A DNA stretch of 64,000 bases from a candidate division Zixibacteria bacterium SM23_81 (GCA_001304015.1 LJUY01000006.1:22605-86604), one strand, 5' to 3'; shown: positions 29,324-39,216, numbered from the stretch's first letter. Made by a program: numbers and translations. The notes: generated from the letters alone by a model not told the origin.

Positions 29324-30364
29324 GTGGTGGACGTGTCCCCTTTGTTTTTGATAGGCGCACAGAGATCGGGCACCACTCTTATGCGCCTGATACTGAATGC
29401 CCATTCGCAGATAGCCATTCCGGAAGAAGGTACCTTTTTAATGCCATTATTAAAAAAAAGGTTACTTAAACGGGAAATATCGGGCCCTTTTCTGAAAACT
29501 CTCCTTAGTTATTTTGCCTTAAATCCGCAGTTTAAACTATGGGGACATGACTTCAGTGAATATTTTGCACAACTCTCTAAAAGAGGTAGGACTACTGTCC
29601 GTGAATTGATGAGCGGTATTTTTTCCGTCTATTCTGGCAGCGAAGGCAAAATAATATGGGGGGACAAAACTCCTTCCTTCTTCAGAAAGATCGACATCCT
29701 CTTCGCCCTATTTCCCAAGGCCAAATTCATACATATTGTTCGCGACGGTAGAGATGTTTTTGACAGCTGGAGAAAAATGGATCCTTCTAAAAACAACTCC
29801 CCTCTTATAGCCATAGACTGGAGTTATAAACTATTTAGAATTGAAAAATCCTTCACCAAGATACCCCCCGAAAATAGAATAACGATTCGATATGAAGATC
29901 TCCTTGAAAATCCAGAAAAAGCCATAAAATCAGTCTGTTCCCTTGCGGGAGTCGAATATGAGGCCACGATGTTGGAATTCCATCGAACTAGCCATAAGTA
30001 TATTGGCACACACCACTCCAAACTGATATTTAAGCCTTTAAGCAAGAACAACAGGTACAAATGGAAAAACAATTTGACTAACCGGGAGACAAGGAGCTTT
30101 ACCCTCCTGGCCAGATATTTTCTAAAGAAGTATAATTATGAAATCGAAGACACCGGGATGAACATTCCTGACATGCTTTCTATACTTAAGAACATCATTA
30201 TCGGAGTTCCCATGAGAATAATGAGTGTATGGCGAGCAAAGAGATCTTTAGAAACAATCCTTAAGAAAGGGCAACTGATTGATTCCATGAAAGTTGGTGA
30301 ACTACCACGAGGCGTCCGAAAGAGGGCGGGGGGGATTAAAAACGCACCGGGGAAGGAGATCTGA
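29324..30364 (+). CDS. PAPS-dependent sulfotransferase (Sulfotransfer_3-like)
   Basis: 5'-PSB motif GAQRSGTTL and 3'-PB motif IVRDGRDVFDS. GTG start with an AGGAG Shine-Dalgarno 8 nt upstream. AT-rich gene. Confidence 0.8.
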   Translation: MVDVSPLFLIGAQRSGTTLMRLILNAHSQIAIPEEGTFLMPLLKKRLLKREISGPFLKTLLSYFALNPQFKLWGHDFSEYFAQLSKRGRTTVRELMSGIFSVYSGSEGKIIWGDKTPSFFRKIDILFALFPKAKFIHIVRDGRDVFDSWRKMDPSKNNSPLIAIDWSYKLFRIEKSFTKIPPENRITIRYEDLLENPEKAIKSVCSLAGVEYEATMLEFHRTSHKYIGTHHSKLIFKPLSKNNRYKWKNNLTNRETRSFTLLARYFLKKYNYEIEDTGMNIPDMLSILKNIIIGVPMRIMSVWRAKRSLETILKKGQLIDSMKVGELPRGVRKRAGGIKNAPGKEI

Positions 30365-30778
30365 GGATACCCTGAAGTTGGCAAAAGGGCTTCCAGTCAC
30401 ATTAAGAAAAAGGTAAGAGAAAAAGCCTCTCAAGCACAAACGAATGGGAATGACCGCTTGGGTCAAATCATTGGCAATTCAGCCGGTTCCTGAGTGGTTT
30501 TCCAGATCGCTTTTTGAACCAGTTGGAATCCCCATTTTGACAGCTTAAGCCATTAGAGCAATCCAAGCTGGTGTAAACCGCCACGGCTTTTCCTCGGCAA
30601 AAGACTGGCTACTGCCATCTGATGAACTTCTTCTTCACGACCTTGCATCCTTGACCTCCCACATAAATATAAAAAAGTCACCAGTAAGACTTTTCGAGGA
30701 TATTTTCAAAGAGCCAATTCGTATCGCCGATGTCCTGTTATTTAACAATAAGCTGTTGAAAAGAGGCACATATATATT

Positions 30779-31741
30779 ATGGAAGACATTCAATGCATTT
30801 TCTGCAACAGGAGCAGTGACCGAATTGTCATAGTAGAAAATGGATACACGGGCAGAAAATGTCCTCAGTGCGGTTTGATATTCATTTCACCACGGCCGAC
30901 TTTGGCCAAAATTTTGAATCTCTACGGTCACGATCAGACCGTCGTATCCGCTAGATCACATATATCAGCGGCTTTTAGCAAAAGGCTCTATGCAAAGCAC
31001 AATGTTCGTATAATTAAAAAATTTATAAAAACGGGTTCTATGCTGGAAATTGGTGCTGGTGCAGGATATTTCTTAGATGAAGCCAGAAAAGAGGGATTTG
31101 AAGTCTATGCGAATGAGCTCAATACTATTCTAGCTAATTATATTGAAAAAGTATTAGCAATACCTTGTGAAAGTTCTCCTTTGGATATTTCTCTCTTTAA
31201 CGGGAAGAAATTTGACATTATTTATCATTGTAATGTCCTAAGTCACTTGTATAACCCAGTCGTGGAATTTCAAAAGATTAATGATAAATTGAAAAAAAAT
31301 GGATTGGTTGTATTTCAGACTGGAAACCTTGGCGATGTAAAAGAAAAGTATTTTAAATTCATTTCAAAATTTATGTATCCAGACCATTTATTCTTTTTTA
31401 GTGAGGATAACTTACGGGAGCTGCTGAGACGAACTGGATTTGAATTTGTAAAAATACACAGATATTCTATATTACCACAGTTGATGTTTTCTAAAATGGC
31501 AAGAAAGGTAATGAATTTCGTCAAATCTAAAGCCAGAGCTAAAAACTTGGATCAACATAATCCGACTGAAGTTCCATCTTTTAATGTCCCTCATGCTCAC
31601 AACAACGCTGTCCATTTCAAGCAATTTATTAAGAATGCATATAGTTGTATTCTCTATCTTATTCGTTATAAAATAGGATACGTAATACCCAAAAAGCAAC
31701 GACCACAAACAGTTATTGTTGTTGCTCGCAGAACCAATTGA
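30779..31741 (+). CDS. Class I SAM-dependent methyltransferase with N-terminal Zn-ribbon
   Basis: CIFC...CPQC pair followed by SAM motif I LEIGAGAGYF and an acidic post-I residue (LDEARKEG). Confidence 0.75.
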   Translation: MEDIQCIFCNRSSDRIVIVENGYTGRKCPQCGLIFISPRPTLAKILNLYGHDQTVVSARSHISAAFSKRLYAKHNVRIIKKFIKTGSMLEIGAGAGYFLDEARKEGFEVYANELNTILANYIEKVLAIPCESSPLDISLFNGKKFDIIYHCNVLSHLYNPVVEFQKINDKLKKNGLVVFQTGNLGDVKEKYFKFISKFMYPDHLFFFSEDNLRELLRRTGFEFVKIHRYSILPQLMFSKMARKVMNFVKSKARAKNLDQHNPTEVPSFNVPHAHNNAVHFKQFIKNAYSCILYLIRYKIGYVIPKKQRPQTVIVVARRTN

Positions 31742-32100
31742 TGCCTCGCTTGACATTTGCTGGAGATATTGTAAGAACTTTTTCCCTACGGTATATGTTG
31801 TTCCTGTTGCCGTGGAAAGGCAAGACTTGGGATCTTATACCGGCCGTCAATCATATGGGCACTGGATGGCTGCAGGCCATCTGTCGGGAGTTATATTCCA
31901 GATACTACTGGATCGTTAAAAAGTTTGGAGAGGCTACCGGCATACCAGTCCTTATGAACACGTCTTTCAACCTACGCGGTAAGCTCATCGTAAGCAGTCC
32001 CGCCGGTGCGTGCAATACGTTTTCCAAAAGCGAAATAGACATATTGGTAATGAGCCAATATTTGGTAAATAAGGAGGCTTTTCAACGAATCGCCAACTAA
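31716..32100 (+). pseudogene. Carbamoyltransferase (NodU/CmcH family) C-terminal remnant, frameshifted
   Basis: IPAVNHMGTGWLQ...GIPVLMNTSFNLRG...IVSSPAGACNTF matches the conserved carbamoyltransferase C-terminal domain. The preceding segment (VVPVAVERQ) sits in a different frame, with a shift near 31835. The ~450 N-terminal residues are absent. Confidence 0.55.
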
Positions 32101-32108
32101 TAAAAAAG

Positions 32109-33287
32109 TTGTCGCTATCAGTCTTCTCCGTCTTGGCGACGCTTGTGGTCATCGAGGGGGCCCTTCGAGTTGTCAAGTTAGCGCCGACTGTCCATCATCG
32201 GCGGCAGGTGCATGAGCTATTTTGTGAGCATGACTCTCTGCTCGGATGGCGTAAAATTCCAAACTTCTCTGGATTGCGCGTAACCGAGGAGTATCAGGTT
32301 TTGGAGAAGTTCAATTCGAAGAGTATACGCGGTCCAGAGTATTCTTATGACAAGGAAGAGGGAAGCCTTCGTATACTCATCCTGGGAGACTCGTTTGTTG
32401 AAGGTTACACGGTTCCTTTTGAAAGCTTGTTCTCTGAAACAATGGAGAGGGAGCTAAAACAAGCAGGTGTATCCGCTCAAGTTATCAATATGGGCACAGG
32501 AGGATACAGTACTGACCAGGAGCTGTTGCGCTTTGAACAAGAAGGTGTCAAATATCATCCCGATATCGTCGTGCTCATGGTCTATAGTAACGACATTTGG
32601 TATAATGCTCAGAATATATATTGGATAGGACCAAAACCGATGTTCATCATCGAAGATGATGAGCTCAGGCTCACCAACGTTCCCGTGCCACTTCCGTCCG
32701 AGGGTGGGGACATCTTCGCTCAGAGAGAGCTTGGCTTCCACCGCAAGCTCATGAAATGGTTTGGGGAGAACTTTTACTTGTATCGACTGCTGGCTAAGGC
32801 CGTGACGAATGTGCATTGGTCGCGGAATATCGCTGCATCGTTAGGCCTTATTGAAGGAGGGATACCAGATCAATTAAGGGTATGGCAACGGGAACATGAT
32901 CCTGAAGTGCGTTTTGCATGGGACATCACCAAAAGGCTTCTTCTCAGACTTGAGGAGCGCGTTGAGCGATCCGGGGGAAAATTCATCATTTCCTACGTTC
33001 CGGAGCGAGCAAGCATTTATCCGCAAGAATGGGCTGCAACGAAGAGGAAGTACGGCCTCTCCGATCAGGAGTGGAGCATTGAGCAAGTGGGAATAGATTT
33101 AGAACAATTTTGTCGCCAACACTCTATACCATTTGTAGACCCGACCCGGCGATTTAGAGAAGCGGCCGATGAATTGCACTCCAGCGGTGAGAGCCTCTAT
33201 TGCGTAACAGAGGGACATTGGAATGTCAGCGGACACCGATTAGTCGGAGAAATATTGGCCCAGTATATTGAAGATTTGCTGGAATGA
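32109..33287 (+). CDS. SGNH/GDSL-family hydrolase with N-terminal membrane anchor
   Basis: ILILGDSFVEGY (GDS-x block I) and a hydrophobic N-terminus. Only a TTG start is available in frame, so the start is uncertain. Confidence 0.6.
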   Translation: MSLSVFSVLATLVVIEGALRVVKLAPTVHHRRQVHELFCEHDSLLGWRKIPNFSGLRVTEEYQVLEKFNSKSIRGPEYSYDKEEGSLRILILGDSFVEGYTVPFESLFSETMERELKQAGVSAQVINMGTGGYSTDQELLRFEQEGVKYHPDIVVLMVYSNDIWYNAQNIYWIGPKPMFIIEDDELRLTNVPVPLPSEGGDIFAQRELGFHRKLMKWFGENFYLYRLLAKAVTNVHWSRNIAASLGLIEGGIPDQLRVWQREHDPEVRFAWDITKRLLLRLEERVERSGGKFIISYVPERASIYPQEWAATKRKYGLSDQEWSIEQVGIDLEQFCRQHSIPFVDPTRRFREAADELHSSGESLYCVTEGHWNVSGHRLVGEILAQYIEDLLE

Positions 33288-33461
33288 AAAAGACGAGAAT
33301 ATTCATGTGAACTTCCCATCAACAGGTTGCCTTGATTCAGTCACTCCTCCATGACCATGAGGAGAACACGCTCATGGGAATGTCATCTTTTCCCAACGCT
33401 TGAATTCTCAAACATTGTAAAAAAGTTCTCTCTTCTGACAAACATTCATCTTCATTTTGCA

Positions 33462-33487
33462 TAAAAAAAGCCACTGTTTCCGGCGGC
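33462..33487 (-). terminator. Weak candidate terminator after the T9SS hydrolase-like gene
   Basis: On the minus strand a short GC stem (GCCGC...GTGGC with one G-U) is followed by a T7 run. Confidence 0.3.
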
Positions 33488-33514
33488 CACTTCTTGCCCA
33501 CCTTCCCTGCCCCT

Positions 33515-35440
33515 TTACTTGACCAGCAGCATCTTACAAGTTTCCCTGAAATCGCCAGCCTCAAGTGAGCAGAAGTACACTCCACTGGCCACTTCCTCCC
33601 CTCGACCGTTTCTTGCATCCCAAGATATCTGGTACTCCCCTGGTGGCTGATTCTCCTCCACCAGGGTTTTGACCGACTGTCCCAAGGAATTGTATATCCT
33701 TACCTCTACCGGCGCCTCCACAAGCAGATGATAACGAATGTTGGTGGAACCATTGAAGGGATTGGGAAAATTCTGCCACAGCTTATACTTTGAGGGCCTC
33801 GAACCTGATAAGTTGTCAGCAGATCTTTTCAGCTCTATAGCCGTCAGGGAGTGGGCGGGAAATGTATACGAAAAACTCGTATCAACAGAAGCCAAGGTTG
33901 AGTGTATGATGGTGACTGTATTGGGATCGTCCTCGTTATGAGCGGTGATGTCGGGCCCATTCAGAGTCCAAATGTTGGCCTCAGGGTGGGGCTCAAATCC
34001 CACCACCTGGATGGCCACCTCGACATCTTGTTCAAGTTGTTTATTGATCACCATGATATGCAGTTTTTTCTTTGCGGTGTCAATTGAGGTCGCGACGGAC
34101 AGTTCTGGGACTGCGGGCATGGCTGGAACGCAAGAAACTCTAACGGTTGAAAATGTGTTGCAGTCGATGGTGTTGTCAAGCAGCATATCGCCGCAATGTT
34201 CTGTGAACATCTGCTGTGCGTAGTACATTGGCCTTGCGAACCTGCGTGGCGGCCCCCAAGCGTAGCCGATGTGCCCGTGATAGACGTTGGAGCAGAGCAT
34301 CCAGCTGCAGACGAACTCGATATCCCATTCGGGGCCGTCTTCCAAAAACATCATCAGCAAATCGGCGTAATAGAGGCCCGCCAGAAGGCTGACAGCTGAC
34401 TGTTTGCCAGTTTTCTCAAAGTTAATTCCGTTGCTTCCAGCCACAATGCTGATATATGGATCAGCCTCTTGGTTAATAATCTCTCTCAACTCGCCGATGT
34501 CAATGGGCGCCTGTTGTGTTGCCGCCATGCAACCGCGGTATATATCCTCTATATCGTCGGGTAAAGCGTATGTACCAGGGTATCCCGTGTGGATGTCCAA
34601 AAAATCCATATAGCCGCAGGCGATGCTCACCAGGGCGGCGTTCCATTCCAAAGAATCCCCAGATTGAATAAAGTGGGGAATGACGACTCCAGAAACCCCG
34701 ATCTTGATCGTCGGGTCAACGGCTTTCATGGCTTCGGAGAAAGCACAGAAATCTTGTGCGTAGGTGATGACGTCCATGCCCACTTTGGGATTGTGTATCT
34801 CGTCGCCAACAACCCAGTATTTAACGCCGTATGGTTCAGGATGTCCGTTTTCGGCTCTTACTGCTGCCCAATCCGTGCCCCCTCTGGGGTTGGTGCCGTC
34901 GTTGGGCGCATTGCAGTATTCCACCCAATTGGTGGCTCTTTCTATTTTTTGTGTCAGGGGTGCTGTTTTGGATAGGTCACCGTCCATAATGCCAGAGACG
35001 GGATTAACGCAGATAAACGCCTCTGCCCCGATCATTTCGCACAGGGCCATGTGTTCGTCTGTGCCGTAGTGGAAATTACGGTCGGGTTGGCTGGGGCGTG
35101 AGTCTGGTCTGAGGTTATGGGGGCCGATGCCGTCTTCCCAGAAGTATTCATTGGCACCCCCTGGAAATCGCATTATGGTGGGTCGCAGGCCCAATACCAG
35201 CTCCTCGGCCTCTGGCGCAAATCCCCAGACCGTAAGGCTGTCGGGCTGTGTCATATCCAGCAGTCTGTTGCCGTGATGATGGGGTTGCGAGTTGCCCAGG
35301 AAAAGCGGATTAACAGGGCCAAGATACTCATTGGCATAGACGGAAATGGTGGCCGCCGATAACGGGGTCACTAACGGAGGGCAGAAAAACAGGAGAGATG
35401 GGAGAAAAAAGAAGAGAATCGCCTGTGTTGTCCTCCTCAT
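33515..35440 (-). CDS. Secreted TIM-barrel-like glycoside-hydrolase-like protein with T9SS C-terminal sorting domain
   Basis: Signal peptide after the ATG at 35440 (GGAGG Shine-Dalgarno 5 nt upstream). A central ~450-aa domain with alternating beta/alpha character (WVVGDEIHN region). The C-terminal NFPNPFNGSTNIRY...VRIYNSLGQSVKTL...ASGVYFCSLEAG...KMLLVK is a canonical T9SS CTD. The hydrolase family is not assignable by eye. Confidence 0.65.
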   Translation of the reverse strand: MRRTTQAILFFFLPSLLFFCPPLVTPLSAATISVYANEYLGPVNPLFLGNSQPHHHGNRLLDMTQPDSLTVWGFAPEAEELVLGLRPTIMRFPGGANEYFWEDGIGPHNLRPDSRPSQPDRNFHYGTDEHMALCEMIGAEAFICVNPVSGIMDGDLSKTAPLTQKIERATNWVEYCNAPNDGTNPRGGTDWAAVRAENGHPEPYGVKYWVVGDEIHNPKVGMDVITYAQDFCAFSEAMKAVDPTIKIGVSGVVIPHFIQSGDSLEWNAALVSIACGYMDFLDIHTGYPGTYALPDDIEDIYRGCMAATQQAPIDIGELREIINQEADPYISIVAGSNGINFEKTGKQSAVSLLAGLYYADLLMMFLEDGPEWDIEFVCSWMLCSNVYHGHIGYAWGPPRRFARPMYYAQQMFTEHCGDMLLDNTIDCNTFSTVRVSCVPAMPAVPELSVATSIDTAKKKLHIMVINKQLEQDVEVAIQVVGFEPHPEANIWTLNGPDITAHNEDDPNTVTIIHSTLASVDTSFSYTFPAHSLTAIELKRSADNLSGSRPSKYKLWQNFPNPFNGSTNIRYHLLVEAPVEVRIYNSLGQSVKTLVEENQPPGEYQISWDARNGRGEEVASGVYFCSLEAGDFRETCKMLLVK

Positions 35441-35830
35441 GGGAGCCTCCTGAATGGGTAGATGGTGATAGAAAACCATAGGAACCCATTCAAGCTTATT
35501 GCAAGAATCAAGCCAGAAAAAAAAGATACCCAGGAATCCTCCTAAGTATCATTTTTTTACTTTATTACCTCGATGTAAGGACGATAATATTTAAGAAACT
35601 CAGTCCAGATCTGGTTAAGTTATAAACAAAATGACCTCCAATGGATTAGATATGATAATCATGGGAAGATCCGCAAGAAAAAACAGTTCTCCTCCAAGAG
35701 GTTAACGCCCTGACGAAAAATTCACCCAATGTTCAATTGCTGAAAGCCTTGAATGTAAATTGCACATTGATAAATTGAGGCCAGAAATGACCATAACTGG
35801 TCAGATACTTTCACGCAAAGCAGCTCACTT

Positions 35831-36679
35831 TTACTTTTCAATCATGGGCGAAGGTACAAAACTCGCCGCCACCTCAGCGCCAGTTACGACGACTACTCCG
35901 GGGTTGGAAGCGGCGATCTTTATAAAATTTCTAAAAGCCGCTAATCTCCCCTTTTCCTTCCCTAACATCCAGGGATGGAAACCGATGGCAAAACATTTTC
36001 CCAGATGTTCAGGCTGCAAATACATCAACCACTGAGAAAGCATCTCTGGGGGTGATATACCTTTTCTAATATACATCCCATCAGTGCTTACTAGAGGGAT
36101 TCTCAGTATCTTCTCTCCGCGCCCTGGTGTTTCTCCCGCACATTTGATCCAATGCAGATTCTGCCAGGAGGATTTGGACGCTCTATCAATGTTATATCTA
36201 AAGCCAAGCGTGATCAGAATTTTCATCAAGGCATGTGACCAAGCGCCGTATGGGGAGCGAAAGCCCCAAAGCTCTACTGTGAATTTGCGTCTGAAGAACT
36301 CCTTTGCCTTGTGAATATCATAACGCAAATCATCTGCTGACATTTTAAGCGGTGCAACATGTCCAAAAGTATGGCAGGCTATTTCATGGCCATCCCTGAT
36401 GAGGTGTTCGATGGTTTCAGGATATTTCTCAGCAACATGCCCAACGCAATTCCAGGTACTCTTCACTCTATACTCACAGAGAATGCGCAAGATTTCATGA
36501 AAGACGTCAGATGACAATTCGCCTTGCTCGTTCCCAAACTCACGTTCGTAGTCGAAAGACAGAACGAGCCGGATCTTGCCGGAATCCTCGGCTGTCGGCC
36601 GGATGAGTTCGTGGCGCACAGATATATTCCGTATCTTCCGCCTCAAACGGTAAGGAATGAAACCGAACTGTTCAAACAA
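35831..36679 (-). CDS. Polysaccharide deacetylase (NodB-homology domain)
   Basis: NodB-domain motifs IACHTFGHV, a LVLSFDY segment and a RSPYGAW block. Confidence 0.8.
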   Translation of the reverse strand: MFEQFGFIPYRLRRKIRNISVRHELIRPTAEDSGKIRLVLSFDYEREFGNEQGELSSDVFHEILRILCEYRVKSTWNCVGHVAEKYPETIEHLIRDGHEIACHTFGHVAPLKMSADDLRYDIHKAKEFFRRKFTVELWGFRSPYGAWSHALMKILITLGFRYNIDRASKSSWQNLHWIKCAGETPGRGEKILRIPLVSTDGMYIRKGISPPEMLSQWLMYLQPEHLGKCFAIGFHPWMLGKEKGRLAAFRNFIKIAASNPGVVVVTGAEVAASFVPSPMIEK

Positions 36680-36844
36680 GAGTGACCGTCTCCTCCATAT
36701 CTGATACTCATCTCATCAGCGCTAGGCAAATACAACTCATTTTGTCCTCAACAATCACCAAGTTCTTAAAAAAAGTAGAGAGCCCAAGAAGTGTTGCCGA
36801 TGCCCTGTTTTGGTCAGCTAAAATCTATGGGTATTGAGTTAGCT

Positions 36845-37711
36845 TCATATCAACCCTGGTGCCCAATCGAGAAGAATTTCAATAAGATGTTGCTGCTTAC
36901 AAAGCGGCGTAAAGGTATGATCTGTATCTTGAATAACTTCTATCCTTAATTTGCCATATTTCTTCAACTCATGAATCTCATCTCCGAGTCTGCTTTGTAG
37001 GTAGTCCAAACCTCGATCGCCTCCGGAGTAAATAAAGAGAGGGCTAATGCCGCGGGCTGACAATACCTGCAAATCTGCTACCAGATTGTTCGCTCTTGAA
37101 GACATATCTCTTTTACGAACAAACAAGCGCTTTATCTGACTCGTGGTTGATCGTATAATCTGCTGGTAACGAGACTTCCCTTTCATCGCTCTTCGCCAAC
37201 TTTTGAGACTAAACAAGGCACTTCTCCAGTAATGGCGAGCTACTCTGTCATATACCACAGAAGACCGCATCTCTTCATTATCATCAAAATACACCGGAGC
37301 ATTGATGGGAACAACACCCACAACTCGAGGATCACACAAAGCCGCTTTAAATGATATAACTGCTCCAGAACATATGCCAATGAGAATAAATCGATCAATG
37401 CCTCTTGTCGCATTCAGATAGTTCAGCGCTTCCTGGGTTTCGTTAATCGCTCTCTCATCGGAAAGAGATTCAACCTCACTTGCTCTGCTGTCTCCAATTC
37501 CAGAGAAGTCAAATCTCAATACAAAGAACCCTTCCTCAGCCAACTTCCGCGCCGCTTTCACGTAGAGACGATGGGGACCGACTCGATGCAAGAATCCAGA
37601 ATTGAGAAAGACAAACGCAGGAAAGTCATTGCCACTGAAAACCGGAGTTGGCTCGGTAATGATACCAACCAAAGATTTGGTTTTCCCAAAAAGCACAGCT
37701 TTGTCTCTCAT
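36845..37711 (-). CDS. Alpha/beta-hydrolase fold protein (Cys at nucleophile elbow)
   Basis: LRFDFSGIGDS, then nucleophile-elbow sequence GICSG (G-x-C-x-G). Paralogous to the upstream gene and overlaps it by 4 nt. Confidence 0.7.
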   Translation of the reverse strand: MRDKAVLFGKTKSLVGIITEPTPVFSGNDFPAFVFLNSGFLHRVGPHRLYVKAARKLAEEGFFVLRFDFSGIGDSRASEVESLSDERAINETQEALNYLNATRGIDRFILIGICSGAVISFKAALCDPRVVGVVPINAPVYFDDNEEMRSSVVYDRVARHYWRSALFSLKSWRRAMKGKSRYQQIIRSTTSQIKRLFVRKRDMSSRANNLVADLQVLSARGISPLFIYSGGDRGLDYLQSRLGDEIHELKKYGKLRIEVIQDTDHTFTPLCKQQHLIEILLDWAPGLI

Positions 37712-38526
37712 GGGAACATCTCAGAAATCCAGGAGACCACAAACTGCAGTACTTTAATAGGTACCATGCCCTGACCCCAGTCATCCCTTTCAATCCAAGG
37801 TTCAAAACCAGGGATGTGTTTATACCGCAAAGAAACACCAATGCTGTTTAGATGCTCACGAAACCTTCCATCCTCACTCACGTCACTGCTTTCGATGAAC
37901 AGTATTTTGCTAGCCGGTTTCTGCCGAATTGCGTAAAGGTCCAACTTTTCAAGATCTTTCAGCATAGAATCTGGAAGGGGAAACCCAAGCGCTTCTCTGT
38001 AACTTTCTCCTTCGGAGAAGGACTTTACCCCAGGAAAAAAGTTCCTTATCTTTTCCTGATGCAAGGTTGTCAGCTCCTCAATGTATTTCCTTCCATTGAT
38101 AACCGGATTCCAAAGGACTATACCATCAATATCACCTCGTTCGGCTCCAGCCAGCATCGCAAGGTTGCCCCCTAAACGAAGGCCCGCTAAACAAATCTGA
38201 TTCAGATCGCTTCCGCCTTTTAGTTCTTCTACCGCCGTTGATATATCGGCAAGCCATTGGCGAATTTCGCCCTGGTCGCTATCGCCCTCAGAATCACCAC
38301 ATCCGTAATAATCAAACCGTAAGGTGTGAAAACCAGCCGAAGAAAGAAGCATAGCTAATCGTACAAAGGCACGATGAGAACGGATGTAGTCTTCCCCCAT
38401 GGGATAACACAGAATAACTCCAACATTGCGAGCTTTTTCGAGTTGTGGCGGGTGATAAATCCCAAAAAGCGATCTGGCTGAATTCCCGAAATAGAATGGC
38501 TCCATCATATCATACTCAGATATCAC
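37708..38526 (-). CDS. Alpha/beta-hydrolase fold protein, paralog (Arg at nucleophile-elbow position)
   Basis: LRFDYYGCGDS aligns with the partner. The corresponding elbow reads GLRLG (G-x-R-x-G) by hand alignment. Confidence 0.7.
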   Translation of the reverse strand: MISEYDMMEPFYFGNSARSLFGIYHPPQLEKARNVGVILCYPMGEDYIRSHRAFVRLAMLLSSAGFHTLRFDYYGCGDSEGDSDQGEIRQWLADISTAVEELKGGSDLNQICLAGLRLGGNLAMLAGAERGDIDGIVLWNPVINGRKYIEELTTLHQEKIRNFFPGVKSFSEGESYREALGFPLPDSMLKDLEKLDLYAIRQKPASKILFIESSDVSEDGRFREHLNSIGVSLRYKHIPGFEPWIERDDWGQGMVPIKVLQFVVSWISEMFP

Positions 38527-39214
38527 TCCGGTTGTTGGAATCTCCTACTGTCATTCCAGTAAAAATATAGCCTCGATGAAAGAAAAACTTACCCTTATGG
38601 CAAGTTCCCTTCGCAAAAAAGAGATCGGTATCAGCCATATATCTGGCTTCGAACTCACCAATATTTGGATTCACAGAAATGGTTATATCATGAAAATTCA
38701 CCCATCTTTTGCTGGTTGTATATTGACATTTATAAAAGCATTCCTTTGCACTAAAGATAAGAGCGATATATTCTTGCTGAACATCGAGAGGCAAAGAATG
38801 TATCCATGACAACTCTTGTTTGGTGCATATTGCTTTCCAATAATCCCGCTCTAATCTGCCTACACACTCCGCATCGAATCCCACGCTTTCGATCTCTGTT
38901 TTCCGGGCAAGGGCTACTCCACAGTACCCCTCGGTATGGGAGATGCTGCCAATGATACCGGGCGGCCAAATAGGACTTCTGTCAGTGGCCATCAATATGG
39001 GAAAATTTCTTATGGCCACTTGGGCTAAGGCCCTGCGAGCACAGAGACGTCCAGCGATGAATTCTTGTTTTCTTTTGGGCACGGCGTTGCATATGAACGC
39101 CTCTTCTTGGGGATAAAGCGTCCCTTCGCTGAATACAGGATTTGCCTCCTCTGTTATGACTTGATCAGGAAAAAGGCAAGCTATGATGGTATGATCGCAC
39201 TTTTCTGTTAACAT
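38516..39214 (-). CDS. 4'-phosphopantetheinyl transferase (Sfp/EntD type)
   Basis: GSISHTEGYCGVALA and VGFDAE core motifs. Confidence 0.8.
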   Translation of the reverse strand: MLTEKCDHTIIACLFPDQVITEEANPVFSEGTLYPQEEAFICNAVPKRKQEFIAGRLCARRALAQVAIRNFPILMATDRSPIWPPGIIGSISHTEGYCGVALARKTEIESVGFDAECVGRLERDYWKAICTKQELSWIHSLPLDVQQEYIALIFSAKECFYKCQYTTSKRWVNFHDITISVNPNIGEFEARYMADTDLFFAKGTCHKGKFFFHRGYIFTGMTVGDSNNRSDI

Positions 39215-39216
39215 AG

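Noticed and set aside
28800-33300. Mobile genetic element (integrase/transposase, inverted or direct repeats) delimiting the AT-rich island
   Set aside because: No integrase, transposase or recombinase motifs in any frame, and no obvious flanking repeats by eye. The island is reported only as compositionally atypical.
33421-33500. Bidirectional terminator shared by the GDSL hydrolase (+) and the T9SS hydrolase (-) genes
   Set aside because: Only the minus-strand orientation has a T-run after the short stem, and the plus-strand reading lacks a U-tract. Kept as a weak minus-strand terminator only.
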